From a virus (lineage: Duplodnaviria; Caudoviricetes): 64,000 nucleotides of DNA. Shown piece by piece: positions 23,787 to 32,765 of the stretch. The first letter of the stretch is position 1, and every line of letters begins with the position of its first letter. The stretch covers positions 1-64,000 of the IMG/VR virus record IMGVR_UViG_3300013280_000006; one strand, written 5' to 3'. The position numbers and the translations under genes are program-made. The notes under the pieces were generated by a model. That model was not told the origin of the DNA. It saw only the letters and a list, made by a program, of their open reading frames with translations, and did no database searches.

Positions 23787-24338
23787 TTAAAGCCCTCGGG
23801 TTAACTGGAAGACAGACCGATAAATCGTGGCTTTTTCTAGTCCCTTGATTGCGGCAAATGCGGACGGTGGATTAGCGTTAGGTGTTAAGGCTGAACCGAG
23901 CACAATGACCTGAATTCCAGCATCTGGCATATTGAGGGCGTGCCGATAGTTAAAGGCTAACTGTTTGCTTGAGTAGGCGTGAGCCTTCTCGACATTCACC
24001 GTATCCACGTATACCATGACATTTCCGTTGTCGATATACGCACCGACTTTACATTCTGGATCGTTCGGAATCTGAGATAGAGCTGCTAGGGTAGCCGGGT
24101 CAAGGTTAGGCTTAATTGGTGTGATCTTTACTACGGTTGAGTCCTCTTCGGACAACTCAGGAATGAAGGCATTTTTAGCCTCTTCCTTCATCGGTTTCAT
24201 ACTGTCCTGCGTTGGGTTAGCCAGAGGGTTCGGAACTAGCTGGTTGGTGGTCATATCAAGCATAAAATTAGCTGGAGCTAATGGGTTTGGAATTGGTTGT
24301 CCGCTCATCATATCGGTTGTGAAATTTCCGTCGTACAT
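23787..24338 (-). CDS. Hypothetical protein with short internal PNPLA repeat
   Basis: MMSGQPIPNPLAPANF / MTTNQLVPNPLANP duplication near the N-terminus. Confidence 0.7.
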   Translation of the reverse strand: MYDGNFTTDMMSGQPIPNPLAPANFMLDMTTNQLVPNPLANPTQDSMKPMKEEAKNAFIPELSEEDSTVVKITPIKPNLDPATLAALSQIPNDPECKVGAYIDNGNVMVYVDTVNVEKAHAYSSKQLAFNYRHALNMPDAGIQVIVLGSALTPNANPPSAFAAIKGLEKATIYRSVFQLTRGL

Positions 24339-24649
24339 CAGATTTCTACCTTTACTAGGGATGTTCCCTGCTTTAAGTAAGTTCTAAACTTTCGCGTTGT
24401 TGGTATATTAAGCAAAGTTTTAAGTTTTTCTATATCAGCCTGCCTCATGTTCATTAGATGGTTCTTGATCTTGGTTGCAACTGTTGCTCTGTTCGTAACA
24501 GCAACCCTGTTACATGTTTGACAGCCTTTGGAGTTTTGTAGGTTTTTGATAACCTCACCAAAATAGCTGAACTCTCCCTGCACTGCCTTATTCGAGGCAA
24601 GTGAAAGCAAGAACTCCTCGTTAAGAACTATTGGAGAATCTGATGACAT
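24338..24649 (-). CDS. Hypothetical protein with CxxC
   Basis: GCQTCNR; 1-nt stop/start coupling on both sides. Confidence 0.65.
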   Translation of the reverse strand: MSSDSPIVLNEEFLLSLASNKAVQGEFSYFGEVIKNLQNSKGCQTCNRVAVTNRATVATKIKNHLMNMRQADIEKLKTLLNIPTTRKFRTYLKQGTSLVKVEI

Positions 24650-25089
24650 TAGTTGACTATGACCGTTTCGTCAGTTCCTGTCGCCGCTATCAGTCGTTTA
24701 TGGTGTGCGACTAGAGAAGCTACGTCTTTCTGGATCTCATCCCAAATGTACTCAGCCTCGGTTAGTGAGCGAGTATATGCCTCAACTTTATGGTATCTGA
24801 AGAACGTTCCATTCCAACTAGCGCTTGGAATTCCTTCTGGGATGTCCTGTAAATCATAGGTGGAAGCAACATTAGAGAAAACAGCATAACGATCTGTAGT
24901 GTTGTCTTCATTTACGTAAGGCTCAATCTGAAATACGAATAGGTTTAAATTCTGACTAGCTGAGGTTTGTGCTGTGATTTCAATGTAGTGCGAAAATTGT
25001 TCGCCAAAACGAGCGTTGCCAGACTGATATTGGTCAGGAATCAACGTCCTGTGAAGTCTAACAAAGGTTACTAGATTCAATGAACTCAT
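24649..25089 (-). CDS. Hypothetical protein
   Basis: 146 aa, ATGA-coupled to the upstream gene. Confidence 0.7.
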   Translation of the reverse strand: MSSLNLVTFVRLHRTLIPDQYQSGNARFGEQFSHYIEITAQTSASQNLNLFVFQIEPYVNEDNTTDRYAVFSNVASTYDLQDIPEGIPSASWNGTFFRYHKVEAYTRSLTEAEYIWDEIQKDVASLVAHHKRLIAATGTDETVIVN

Positions 25090-26357
25090 ATGAATTTATT
25101 TACTCGTACATTCATATCCTGCGACGCGAATTTTACTCGGTATCTGTGAGGTCCATTAATGTCATCTTTACTACGTAATTGTACAGGAAGTCGCCACGTA
25201 ACTCCATGTTTTTCATTTACCCCGTGAATCCATTGCACAGGTTCAGCGTAGTAGCCACCTTTGTTATACAGATACTCATCTGTTGCTTTCCACGAGCCGT
25301 TAATGATCGACTCACCAACCGTGTTCTGCATCATTACTGCAGTATGCCAGTGACCCATGACCTTATAGTGAATAGTTTGATTTTTAGCGCTGTGAATCGA
25401 CTGTAGTCTTCTGTTTCGCCTTTCGATACCATACCAAGGAATTCCAGCTACTGCGTTAATGTCGTCCCCGTGTGCGATGTTAAATGTGTACCCTTCAATC
25501 TCTACGTTTACGCTATAGGAATCTGGAATCAAGAATTCTACGTTGGTTAGTTCACGGCACAACGAAGCTGAGGTCTCTCCTACAAGATAGTCCAAGTTTC
25601 GCAAAGCCTGTGCGTACTCTTTGTACTGGGCTTGCCGCCCGTGGTTACCAGGTACATAAATACACTTAACCTGTTCGAAATGCGAAGCTAAATCTCTGAT
25701 AGCAAGCGCATGCAACTGCCCCACAGCCATAGCATTGGCAAAGTCATTTCTTAGTGTGCTCTCGTTTGTTCCTCCGTGAATGGCTCCGTTCACGTGATCA
25801 CCGTAGAACAAAATCCATAGAGTTGGAAAGTTGTAGTTGTTAAGTGTATTCTTAGCGAAGTCTAAAGTTCTCTGTACGTAGTTCTCAGCTCGACGCAAAG
25901 CAACACTGAGGTTGTAGTTCTCTAGGTTATTCACTCTGTGCGGAAGCACCACCTGATCAGCGTGCTCGTCACTCCAGTGCATCACCAGAGATTCGGTATG
26001 AGTCTTTCCAGCCGTGCCTAGGTTTAGAGCAGACGGTAGCGCCTTCATGGGCGCGCAGTACTCTGCGGCCACCTCACGAATTGTGTCGACCGCGTTCTCG
26101 TACCGCAGCGTGTTCTTGCGCTGGGCCTCTAGCGACTTGATCTTGCCTTCCTTCTCTAACAGCAGCCGCTCTAGTAGGCGTATATGTGCGTCTTTGCCTT
26201 CAATAGATTCTGGAAATAAATGACTTTTTAAAACTGCAACAGAGCACTTAACTTTGCCAGCAATCAACTTCAGATCAACTTCAGTTGGTTCATGACCTAA
26301 AGAGGCCACCAATTTTGCAATGTACGACTTGTGTCCCGCAGAAAGTTGGGTGATCAT
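25086..26357 (-). CDS. Calcineurin-like metallophosphoesterase with N-terminal coiled coil
   Basis: HWSDEH, YGDHVNG, PGNHGR, AHGDD, MGHWH and NGSW motifs. Confidence 0.85.
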   Translation of the reverse strand: MITQLSAGHKSYIAKLVASLGHEPTEVDLKLIAGKVKCSVAVLKSHLFPESIEGKDAHIRLLERLLLEKEGKIKSLEAQRKNTLRYENAVDTIREVAAEYCAPMKALPSALNLGTAGKTHTESLVMHWSDEHADQVVLPHRVNNLENYNLSVALRRAENYVQRTLDFAKNTLNNYNFPTLWILFYGDHVNGAIHGGTNESTLRNDFANAMAVGQLHALAIRDLASHFEQVKCIYVPGNHGRQAQYKEYAQALRNLDYLVGETSASLCRELTNVEFLIPDSYSVNVEIEGYTFNIAHGDDINAVAGIPWYGIERRNRRLQSIHSAKNQTIHYKVMGHWHTAVMMQNTVGESIINGSWKATDEYLYNKGGYYAEPVQWIHGVNEKHGVTWRLPVQLRSKDDINGPHRYRVKFASQDMNVRVNKFI

Positions 26358-27664
26358 TTTCTATCTTTCATTGCGACTGTACGCCCTGTTTCGAGCTGGT
26401 AGCCGACCCATAGATCAGAGCCTGGCTTTTGGTACAGTCTTGCTGATATTCGTGGATGCGCCAAGATGGTGATACACAGCTTTTCGCCATTATGCTCTAC
26501 ACGCCAAGAGTTCTCAAAGTGAGAAGCGCCAGCTCCAATAGTACCATCTGGTCTAAACTCAAGTATTCTTGACCTACCGTCAACAACGTACCAGAAGTGC
26601 TTGTATTTGTTGATGCGCGCCCGAAGCGCAACAGCAGATGGTTCCTCATCTGGGATACCCTTAAACACTATACCATCCCACTTAGAACGAAGTTCTTTGA
26701 CGTACTGCAGACCATCACTTTCGTACAAGAATCCCGGTATCTTTATGTTGACTCCGTCGTATCTCCACTTATCGAGATTACGGTGTTGAAAGATCCGACG
26801 ACCATCGAAGTCGTGCTGACACATCGTGAGTGAATTCCCGGTTACTGGAAGCTGTTGAATGGGGAATGGAACCATGGAGTACTTCGAATCGTACATCCTC
26901 CAGGCCATATGGTATGTCTCTTTATCACCCCATACATGCCGATAGTAGAAGTCGCTATGTTCGTTGAGGTGCATAGTGAGCGCGAGCTCTTTCCATCGTC
27001 GAGCTTTGTTAACCACGATCTGACCACTTTCAAACTCTTCCTCATCTCTGTACTCAACCCGACAGATCTTCCATATTGAACGATCAGGGGCGAGGCGTAA
27101 GTAGTCGGGCCAGAAGATAGCCCCGGTCTCTTTGTACTGCGGAGTATCGAACAAAAATTCTGGATTTACTAGTGGAAAGTTATCAGCGTCAAGAAACAAT
27201 ACTTCCTCAAACCGACTGTGAATAATCGAGTATGGGTTTAGTTCCCAGCCATTCAAGATACGGCAAGGGTGCTCTTTACGCTTTTGGTAAGCATCAATGC
27301 AAGTAACGCCGAGAGGTCTTACGAGCTCGACCATTTCTTTGTTCATTTCATATGGACCAAGATACCAGAACTCTACTGGTAATTTGCATCCAAGTTCTCT
27401 AAGGCGACGCACTGCAACGTAGGCACACGTAAAGTACGTCTGACCACCAGCACACATCACGATACCGCGTCCTTTATACTTATTTCTAGGGTACGGAGAC
27501 GTCGAGCGCATGACCTCTTGGGCTTTGTTTTGGTAATCCTGAAAGATCTCCTCTTGTGTTTTTGTTGCTGTAGAAGACGTCATGGTAGCCTTTCGCGCTG
27601 CTTGTGCGCCCTTTCTCTCTAGGACCTGTAAATAAAAACGAGAATTTCTATTTTCAACAGACAT
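26354..27664 (-). CDS. GT71-like alpha-mannosyltransferase (MNN2/Mannosyl_trans3 type)
   Basis: RGIVMCAGG, RELGCKLPVEFWY, HSRFEEVLFLDADNFP (DxD), GAIFWPDY, ESGQIVVNK, WGDKETY. Confidence 0.85.
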   Translation of the reverse strand: MSVENRNSRFYLQVLERKGAQAARKATMTSSTATKTQEEIFQDYQNKAQEVMRSTSPYPRNKYKGRGIVMCAGGQTYFTCAYVAVRRLRELGCKLPVEFWYLGPYEMNKEMVELVRPLGVTCIDAYQKRKEHPCRILNGWELNPYSIIHSRFEEVLFLDADNFPLVNPEFLFDTPQYKETGAIFWPDYLRLAPDRSIWKICRVEYRDEEEFESGQIVVNKARRWKELALTMHLNEHSDFYYRHVWGDKETYHMAWRMYDSKYSMVPFPIQQLPVTGNSLTMCQHDFDGRRIFQHRNLDKWRYDGVNIKIPGFLYESDGLQYVKELRSKWDGIVFKGIPDEEPSAVALRARINKYKHFWYVVDGRSRILEFRPDGTIGAGASHFENSWRVEHNGEKLCITILAHPRISARLYQKPGSDLWVGYQLETGRTVAMKDRK

Positions 27665-28653
27665 TAGATGCTCTCGAATATACGATCAAAAAAAGATAAA
27701 CAAGCACCATCATCAATCTCAGGTCTTAATGAATCGTTGATTAAGTACGGCTGCCTGAACATCTCGTCGTACTTAGCTTTATTGTTGTCTAATTCAATGA
27801 TGTGTTCGATTAGGTCTTGCTCGTCACGATAATTTGGGTAGAACAAAAATGATTTTGTATTAAAGTGTTTTCCTATATTTGGGTCACCCCAGTAAATGGG
27901 CATTGTGCGAGACATCATTGCATCTACGATTTTTTCTGACGTATATCCAGGAACACTGGTATTCTCAAAACAGATATTAAACTTAAATTGCCTCAGATAC
28001 CGTCGCTTTGATTCGCTATGTGTCTCGCCTTCCAGCGTTCTAATGATAGGTGTGTTAACGTATCCGTGACGTACAAGATTACCAGGACAATGCACGAACT
28101 TATACTTCATCAATTTTTCAAAAAACCTAATTCTAAACTCTGCCATATAGTTACTGAATACTATGCAGCAAAACTCCGGCCTGTCCCATGAGGAAGACTC
28201 GTCAGGCTTTTTTACGATAGCTCTAAATCTATCAGCAGACTGCCATCGCAGATATACGGACCATGCCGGAATATTGAAGTGACGGTCATTTGCAATTCCG
28301 TCTGGTGTGTTCTCTGAATTCGATAGGTAGTAGTCAAACATACCGATGCATGGAACACCAACTTCTAAGGTATATAGCACCTTTATAGAGTCTTTGGGTA
28401 TTAGATGATAAATACCGGCTACTCCGCGCGGGGCTTCAGGTGGCAGCACATGCCCATCTGCGTACACAGAACAGAGCGATACCTGTGGCTTGTCGCTAAG
28501 CACTAATTCATACTTATCCTCTAAATACGGATGCATACGGAGAAAATCGTCCGGAACAAAAGGCTTAAAGTAGCATCCACCCCACCAACCATAGTAATTT
28601 ACAAGGATTTTTTTACGTGCCATTACGATCTCCAAATTGCTTACACAGCTCAC
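27664..28653 (-). CDS. GT10 alpha-1,3-fucosyltransferase-like protein
   Basis: FKFNICFENTSVPGYTSEKIVDAMM..TMPIYWG is the GT10 alpha3-motif. Confidence 0.88.
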   Translation of the reverse strand: MSCVSNLEIVMARKKILVNYYGWWGGCYFKPFVPDDFLRMHPYLEDKYELVLSDKPQVSLCSVYADGHVLPPEAPRGVAGIYHLIPKDSIKVLYTLEVGVPCIGMFDYYLSNSENTPDGIANDRHFNIPAWSVYLRWQSADRFRAIVKKPDESSSWDRPEFCCIVFSNYMAEFRIRFFEKLMKYKFVHCPGNLVRHGYVNTPIIRTLEGETHSESKRRYLRQFKFNICFENTSVPGYTSEKIVDAMMSRTMPIYWGDPNIGKHFNTKSFLFYPNYRDEQDLIEHIIELDNNKAKYDEMFRQPYLINDSLRPEIDDGACLSFFDRIFESI

Positions 28654-29719
28654 GTACAGCGTTTATGACGTGATTTTGTTTATCTCGCTCAAGTGTAGGG
28701 TACGACGGCAGCATTACACACTCTCTTGAAAGTAGTACTCCGGTCTCTTCGCCGTTTACCAGTTGGTAGCGATTAGTCATACACTTGTGCACACTCACTG
28801 GATAGAACAAAGGTCTGCACTCAATATTTTGAGAGTTTAGATAATCTCGAATTGCTGCATAGCTTGGAGACCCTAACAACCTAACAGCAAAAATCCAGTT
28901 CTCACTAACTGTGTCAGCCTCTTGGAGTTGTAGCTTAATTTGTGGGTGATCGTGAAAGGCTTGCTTATAGTGATCAAACACGTTCTTCTTTTGTTCTCGT
29001 ATTATCTTAATGTCCTCTAGCTGTCCACACAACAACGCAGCTTGGACATTTGTCATTCTGTAGTTGTACCCCTGCTCTGAATGAATGTAGCTTTGTTTCG
29101 ACTGACCCTGTCCGTGTAGTAACTTGGCGTATTCATAGATGTCGTAATTATTGGTGACCAGAGCCCCGCCCTCACCACTTGTTATTGTTTTATTTGCAAA
29201 GAATGACAACGCGCCACAATCCGCATAACTACATATTGGAGTATTTTCGTAAGACCCAGACAGCGCTTCGCACGCATCTTCAAATATATGGATATCTGGA
29301 CGACAACGAAGTATTCTGCGAATATTTACCGTATTTCCGATATTGTGTACAACGAGCAGAACACTATTAATCGGAATGTGTGTCTCGGTTGGTAGTCTAT
29401 TCCATGTCTGCGGATCCACTTGCTCAATATGTAGTTTTTCTTGGTGATCAATGAAGCCGTTCCAAGCCGCTACATACACGTTATTTGGTGCAAACACCGA
29501 GCTTGATGGGTACAGTTTGTTTGCGATTTTGCCCATCAAGTAGCAGGCAGCCGTTCCGCTGTTAAGAACTAAGGCATGCTTAATCTTGAGTAATTCGCAC
29601 AGCAGATCTTGTGCTTTTTCTCGGTATTTACCTAGATAAGATACATAGCCAGATTCAATAGCCTCAATTGCGTATTTCTTAGATCTTTCAGTTAAGCTTG
29701 GAATATAGATAGGTATCAT
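28613..29719 (-). CDS. DegT/DnrJ/EryC1/StrS PLP aminotransferase (perosamine synthase-like)
   Basis: NSGTAA, EDACEALSG, SFFANKTITSGEGG (PLP lysine), GYNYRMTNVQAA; start set at ATG 29719 by ATGA overlap (track start 29773). Confidence 0.92.
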   Translation of the reverse strand: MIPIYIPSLTERSKKYAIEAIESGYVSYLGKYREKAQDLLCELLKIKHALVLNSGTAACYLMGKIANKLYPSSSVFAPNNVYVAAWNGFIDHQEKLHIEQVDPQTWNRLPTETHIPINSVLLVVHNIGNTVNIRRILRCRPDIHIFEDACEALSGSYENTPICSYADCGALSFFANKTITSGEGGALVTNNYDIYEYAKLLHGQGQSKQSYIHSEQGYNYRMTNVQAALLCGQLEDIKIIREQKKNVFDHYKQAFHDHPQIKLQLQEADTVSENWIFAVRLLGSPSYAAIRDYLNSQNIECRPLFYPVSVHKCMTNRYQLVNGEETGVLLSRECVMLPSYPTLERDKQNHVINAVRELCKQFGDRNGT

Positions 29720-30282
29720 TTCTTTCTTCCGACGACCCCAACTGTGACGATATTGTGAATATTTCCATCGCAATAGGCAACTATGTTAAGATCAAACAAA
29801 TCAGAAAAAAGTAACTCAAAGCCATCTGGGCTAATACGCCATAGATCTGGTTTTGGGCTGTGCCATATGAACTTAAATGGGGTTGTCACGAAAAACTGTC
29901 CACCAGGTTTAAGTAACGTATGCCAAAGCTTTGGGACTTCCCAGATCTTAGTTGTGTGTTCTAGAACCTCTAAAGCAATTAGACTATTAAAGGTATTCTT
30001 TAATTGCTTCGTGTCAAGATCCAGCATATCACATGAATACGTTAAATTGGGGTCTTGCATCCGATCCACAGAACTGTACTGCCCACCTCTGGCTGTGACA
30101 TAGTCACGAATTGGAACAACCAGACTAGGTTCTGGTGATAGTGACGGAATAGCCGGACCTACTTCTAGGGTGTTGCCAGTCACCAGCGGCTTAATAAATT
30201 CACTGGAAAAATCGTAGACGTTTTTCCTGAGATCGTATATTTCGTTATTTGTGCGAGCCATCATTCTTACGTCGAGGGACAT
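29716..30282 (-). CDS. Class I SAM-dependent methyltransferase
   Basis: LEVGP, FNSLIALEVLEH, LKPGGQFFVTTPF..HSP..DLWR. Confidence 0.85.
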   Translation of the reverse strand: MSLDVRMMARTNNEIYDLRKNVYDFSSEFIKPLVTGNTLEVGPAIPSLSPEPSLVVPIRDYVTARGGQYSSVDRMQDPNLTYSCDMLDLDTKQLKNTFNSLIALEVLEHTTKIWEVPKLWHTLLKPGGQFFVTTPFKFIWHSPKPDLWRISPDGFELLFSDLFDLNIVAYCDGNIHNIVTVGVVGRKK

Positions 30283-30610
30283 TTATCTTCCTTTGCACTT
30301 TTTTCCATGAAGTAAATTGTACAGCTCTATCGTCAACAAAATACTCAGCCTGCGGCTTACCACACATCAGCATGTCATATTTAAATTTATGGTGTTTTAG
30401 CCAGCGAGTAGTCGAGCGCCACTCGCTCCAGCAACGTGCTGTGTAGAAGATGATATAAAACTCACGATAGAGCCTATTGCACGTTACAACAGCGCTCTTT
30501 ATCGGTCTTAGGCGAGTTCCAAGTTCTTGTCGTTTTCTGTAGGAAACTTCGGAACAGACCGTACCATCAAGGTCAATCACTAGTCTCGGTAATTTGGCTC
30601 TCGTTGACAT
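30245..30610 (-). CDS. HAD-superfamily phosphatase (capsule-biosynthesis type)
   Basis: IDLDGTV, FYTAR, GKP.AEYFVDDRA. Confidence 0.88.
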   Translation of the reverse strand: MSTRAKLPRLVIDLDGTVCSEVSYRKRQELGTRLRPIKSAVVTCNRLYREFYIIFYTARCWSEWRSTTRWLKHHKFKYDMLMCGKPQAEYFVDDRAVQFTSWKKVQRKINVPRRKNDGSHK

Positions 30611-31556
30611 AGTACTCTGAATGGTACCGAATCATACGCACTCCGCCTACCCCCACGTCAAAAGTTCTAGGCGACTCTTCGTACAGAACTTGGTTAATGT
30701 ACTTAGCTACATTCAGCCCTACATGAATGCTCAAAACAACTCCGCCTCCGAAGCGTGCATTAATTTCGAACACTTTAAATGAATCACTCAAATGAGACCC
30801 GAAAAACTGTACACAAAGTGGTCCGACGACCTTCAGCTTTAGACCTAGTTCGCTGAGGAACGAAAATAAGGCTTTAAACTGTCTGGACTTCCGGTTGTTG
30901 AACACCGGGCATGTCTTGCTGTCTACGACTTCGCCGCCCTCTACGCGCGTTCGTTGACGAACACACAAACCCACAATTTGATTATCGATACCGAAAAAAA
31001 CATCACAAGACATTTCTACTAATGCACTATCTACGCTGCAGTCTAATTGTACGACGTTGTTTTGGTCTAACTGTAAAAGATTCAACTCGTCTTTTGTAAC
31101 ATTTGCTTTATACACCCCTCGACTGCTTCGACCGTAGCGCGGTTTGACGACTACAGCCCCGGGAGCAGCTTTTGGGTAGTATTCCTCGAACTCCTGAAGC
31201 ATGAAACGTTCGAATTCTCTCTTGTCGTAGGCTGTAACCGTGCTCTCGTGTGACCCTACCAACGGAATTACATTTTTATTGCAATTTGTTTGTTTTTCAT
31301 TTGCTAGTAATACTGTTAAGTTATCCATAAGAGGGATGACACAAATTTTGTTATTTCGCGTATTCGCTAGCAACCTTTTGATAAAGGTTTTGTCGTCATT
31401 ACCGTAGTGTGCTGAATTGTGAACTTTACAGCTATCAATTACATCTAATGGAGTATTATCCGAATTCTCCAGAGACTCAACCTTAAAGTACTGGGACAAA
31501 TACCGTGCAAACGACACCCGTCTACCGGCACCTAAAAGTAATACCGAGTCTCTCAT
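30573..31556 (-). CDS. ATP-grasp domain protein
   Basis: LLLGAGRRV, DKREF, VKPRYGRSSRG, FEINARFGGG (CarB-like ATP-grasp). Confidence 0.85.
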   Translation of the reverse strand: MRDSVLLLGAGRRVSFARYLSQYFKVESLENSDNTPLDVIDSCKVHNSAHYGNDDKTFIKRLLANTRNNKICVIPLMDNLTVLLANEKQTNCNKNVIPLVGSHESTVTAYDKREFERFMLQEFEEYYPKAAPGAVVVKPRYGRSSRGVYKANVTKDELNLLQLDQNNVVQLDCSVDSALVEMSCDVFFGIDNQIVGLCVRQRTRVEGGEVVDSKTCPVFNNRKSRQFKALFSFLSELGLKLKVVGPLCVQFFGSHLSDSFKVFEINARFGGGVVLSIHVGLNVAKYINQVLYEESPRTFDVGVGGVRMIRYHSEYYVNESQITETSD

Positions 31557-31558
31557 GA

Positions 31559-32443
31559 TTAATCCCTCGTGTGACAGTACACAGCATCTAGCATTTTTTG
31601 TTTATTGTGTACTGCGCATACGTCAAACAAAGGATTTGGTAAAACGGAATTTAAACCAAAGTCATGAATTCCGTTCATGTTTGAGTCTGCTAAACTTAAA
31701 AAATATACCTTATTATCAATCGAGAGCTTGTTGATACCGAAGACCGCAGCTCCGGAACATCGATGAATGACAAGTCTAGACTTCGTGATTAAATAACCAT
31801 TTTCATTCAAATCAAACCGAAGTTCTCCACAGTACTTTCTGATTAATTGACGCGTGTAGATTACGTTATCTAACTTGAGTTGATCTTCAAAATTAGACAC
31901 TAGAAAAGTAATTCCGGGAAACTCATTAGCCAGCTCTGTAATGGTAGGATTCATGTCAAAGTTATTAGATTGTCCACTATTCACTTCTCCATTGGAGATG
32001 AATACCAGCTTTCTACTCTTGATCCACTCATCAAGACCAAATACGTTCAAAGCATTGAAATCTATGTAAGGCACGTATTCTGTAATATTTCTTAGGTTGA
32101 ATCCGTATTGTTTCAACTCTGAAAATAGATTGTACAAACAACTGATGGTTGTTCCGTGGGCTCCGTAGTGTCGTCCATGGCTAGCGCAGTACCAGGTATT
32201 TATATACAATTTTCCAGAATCCACCCAACTCCCACGACTTTCTACCCCTGGCGTCTTGAGTTCATCTAACAACCCATAGTACGACTTTAGTTGTTTTATG
32301 TCCTTGAGTACATCTGGGTGATTGCGGTGCCAGTACTCGTACGACATATTTGGAAACTGTGCAATAATATCACGAACAAATGTTCGAGAGACATGCACGT
32401 CTCCGTTATGAAAATGACTGTAGAAAATAATCTTGCTAAACAT
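31559..32443 (-). CDS. Hypothetical glycan-related protein (possible divergent glycosyltransferase)
   Basis: FYSHFHNGDVHVSR N-terminus resembles the GD-containing start of GT-B/GT9-like proteins; position inside the GT cluster. Confidence 0.45.
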   Translation of the reverse strand: MFSKIIFYSHFHNGDVHVSRTFVRDIIAQFPNMSYEYWHRNHPDVLKDIKQLKSYYGLLDELKTPGVESRGSWVDSGKLYINTWYCASHGRHYGAHGTTISCLYNLFSELKQYGFNLRNITEYVPYIDFNALNVFGLDEWIKSRKLVFISNGEVNSGQSNNFDMNPTITELANEFPGITFLVSNFEDQLKLDNVIYTRQLIRKYCGELRFDLNENGYLITKSRLVIHRCSGAAVFGINKLSIDNKVYFLSLADSNMNGIHDFGLNSVLPNPLFDVCAVHNKQKMLDAVYCHTRD

Positions 32444-32444
32444 A

Positions 32445-32747
32445 CTAATATGTCTTATGTTGATCTTTAGGGTAGTTGCTTAGGTCAGCCCCCGCAACTG
32501 CAACTGCGATCAACTTTAGCAACTCTCTATCAATCTCTGTAATAAGATCATTTCTCTGAACATTTAAATCGCATGCTTTTTTTAGTGTCGTATGCAGTTT
32601 TCTAAGCTTTTCATCATCTCCGCTATACGCTTTTTTAAACTCATCAAAAGACATTCGTCTGATTTGATAAATGTCCTCTTGAGCATTCCACATCTTGGTG
32701 TCTACTGTAAATAGTTTATCGATCAATTGTCCGACTGTATCTGCCAT
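32445..32747 (-). CDS. DUF4254-like helical protein
   Basis: TVGQLIDKL..VDTKMW.AQE...NVQRNDLITEID pattern, usually found beside GT9 genes. Confidence 0.6.
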   Translation of the reverse strand: MADTVGQLIDKLFTVDTKMWNAQEDIYQIRRMSFDEFKKAYSGDDEKLRKLHTTLKKACDLNVQRNDLITEIDRELLKLIAVAVAGADLSNYPKDQHKTY

Positions 32748-32765
32748 CGCTATGTCCTTTATTTG

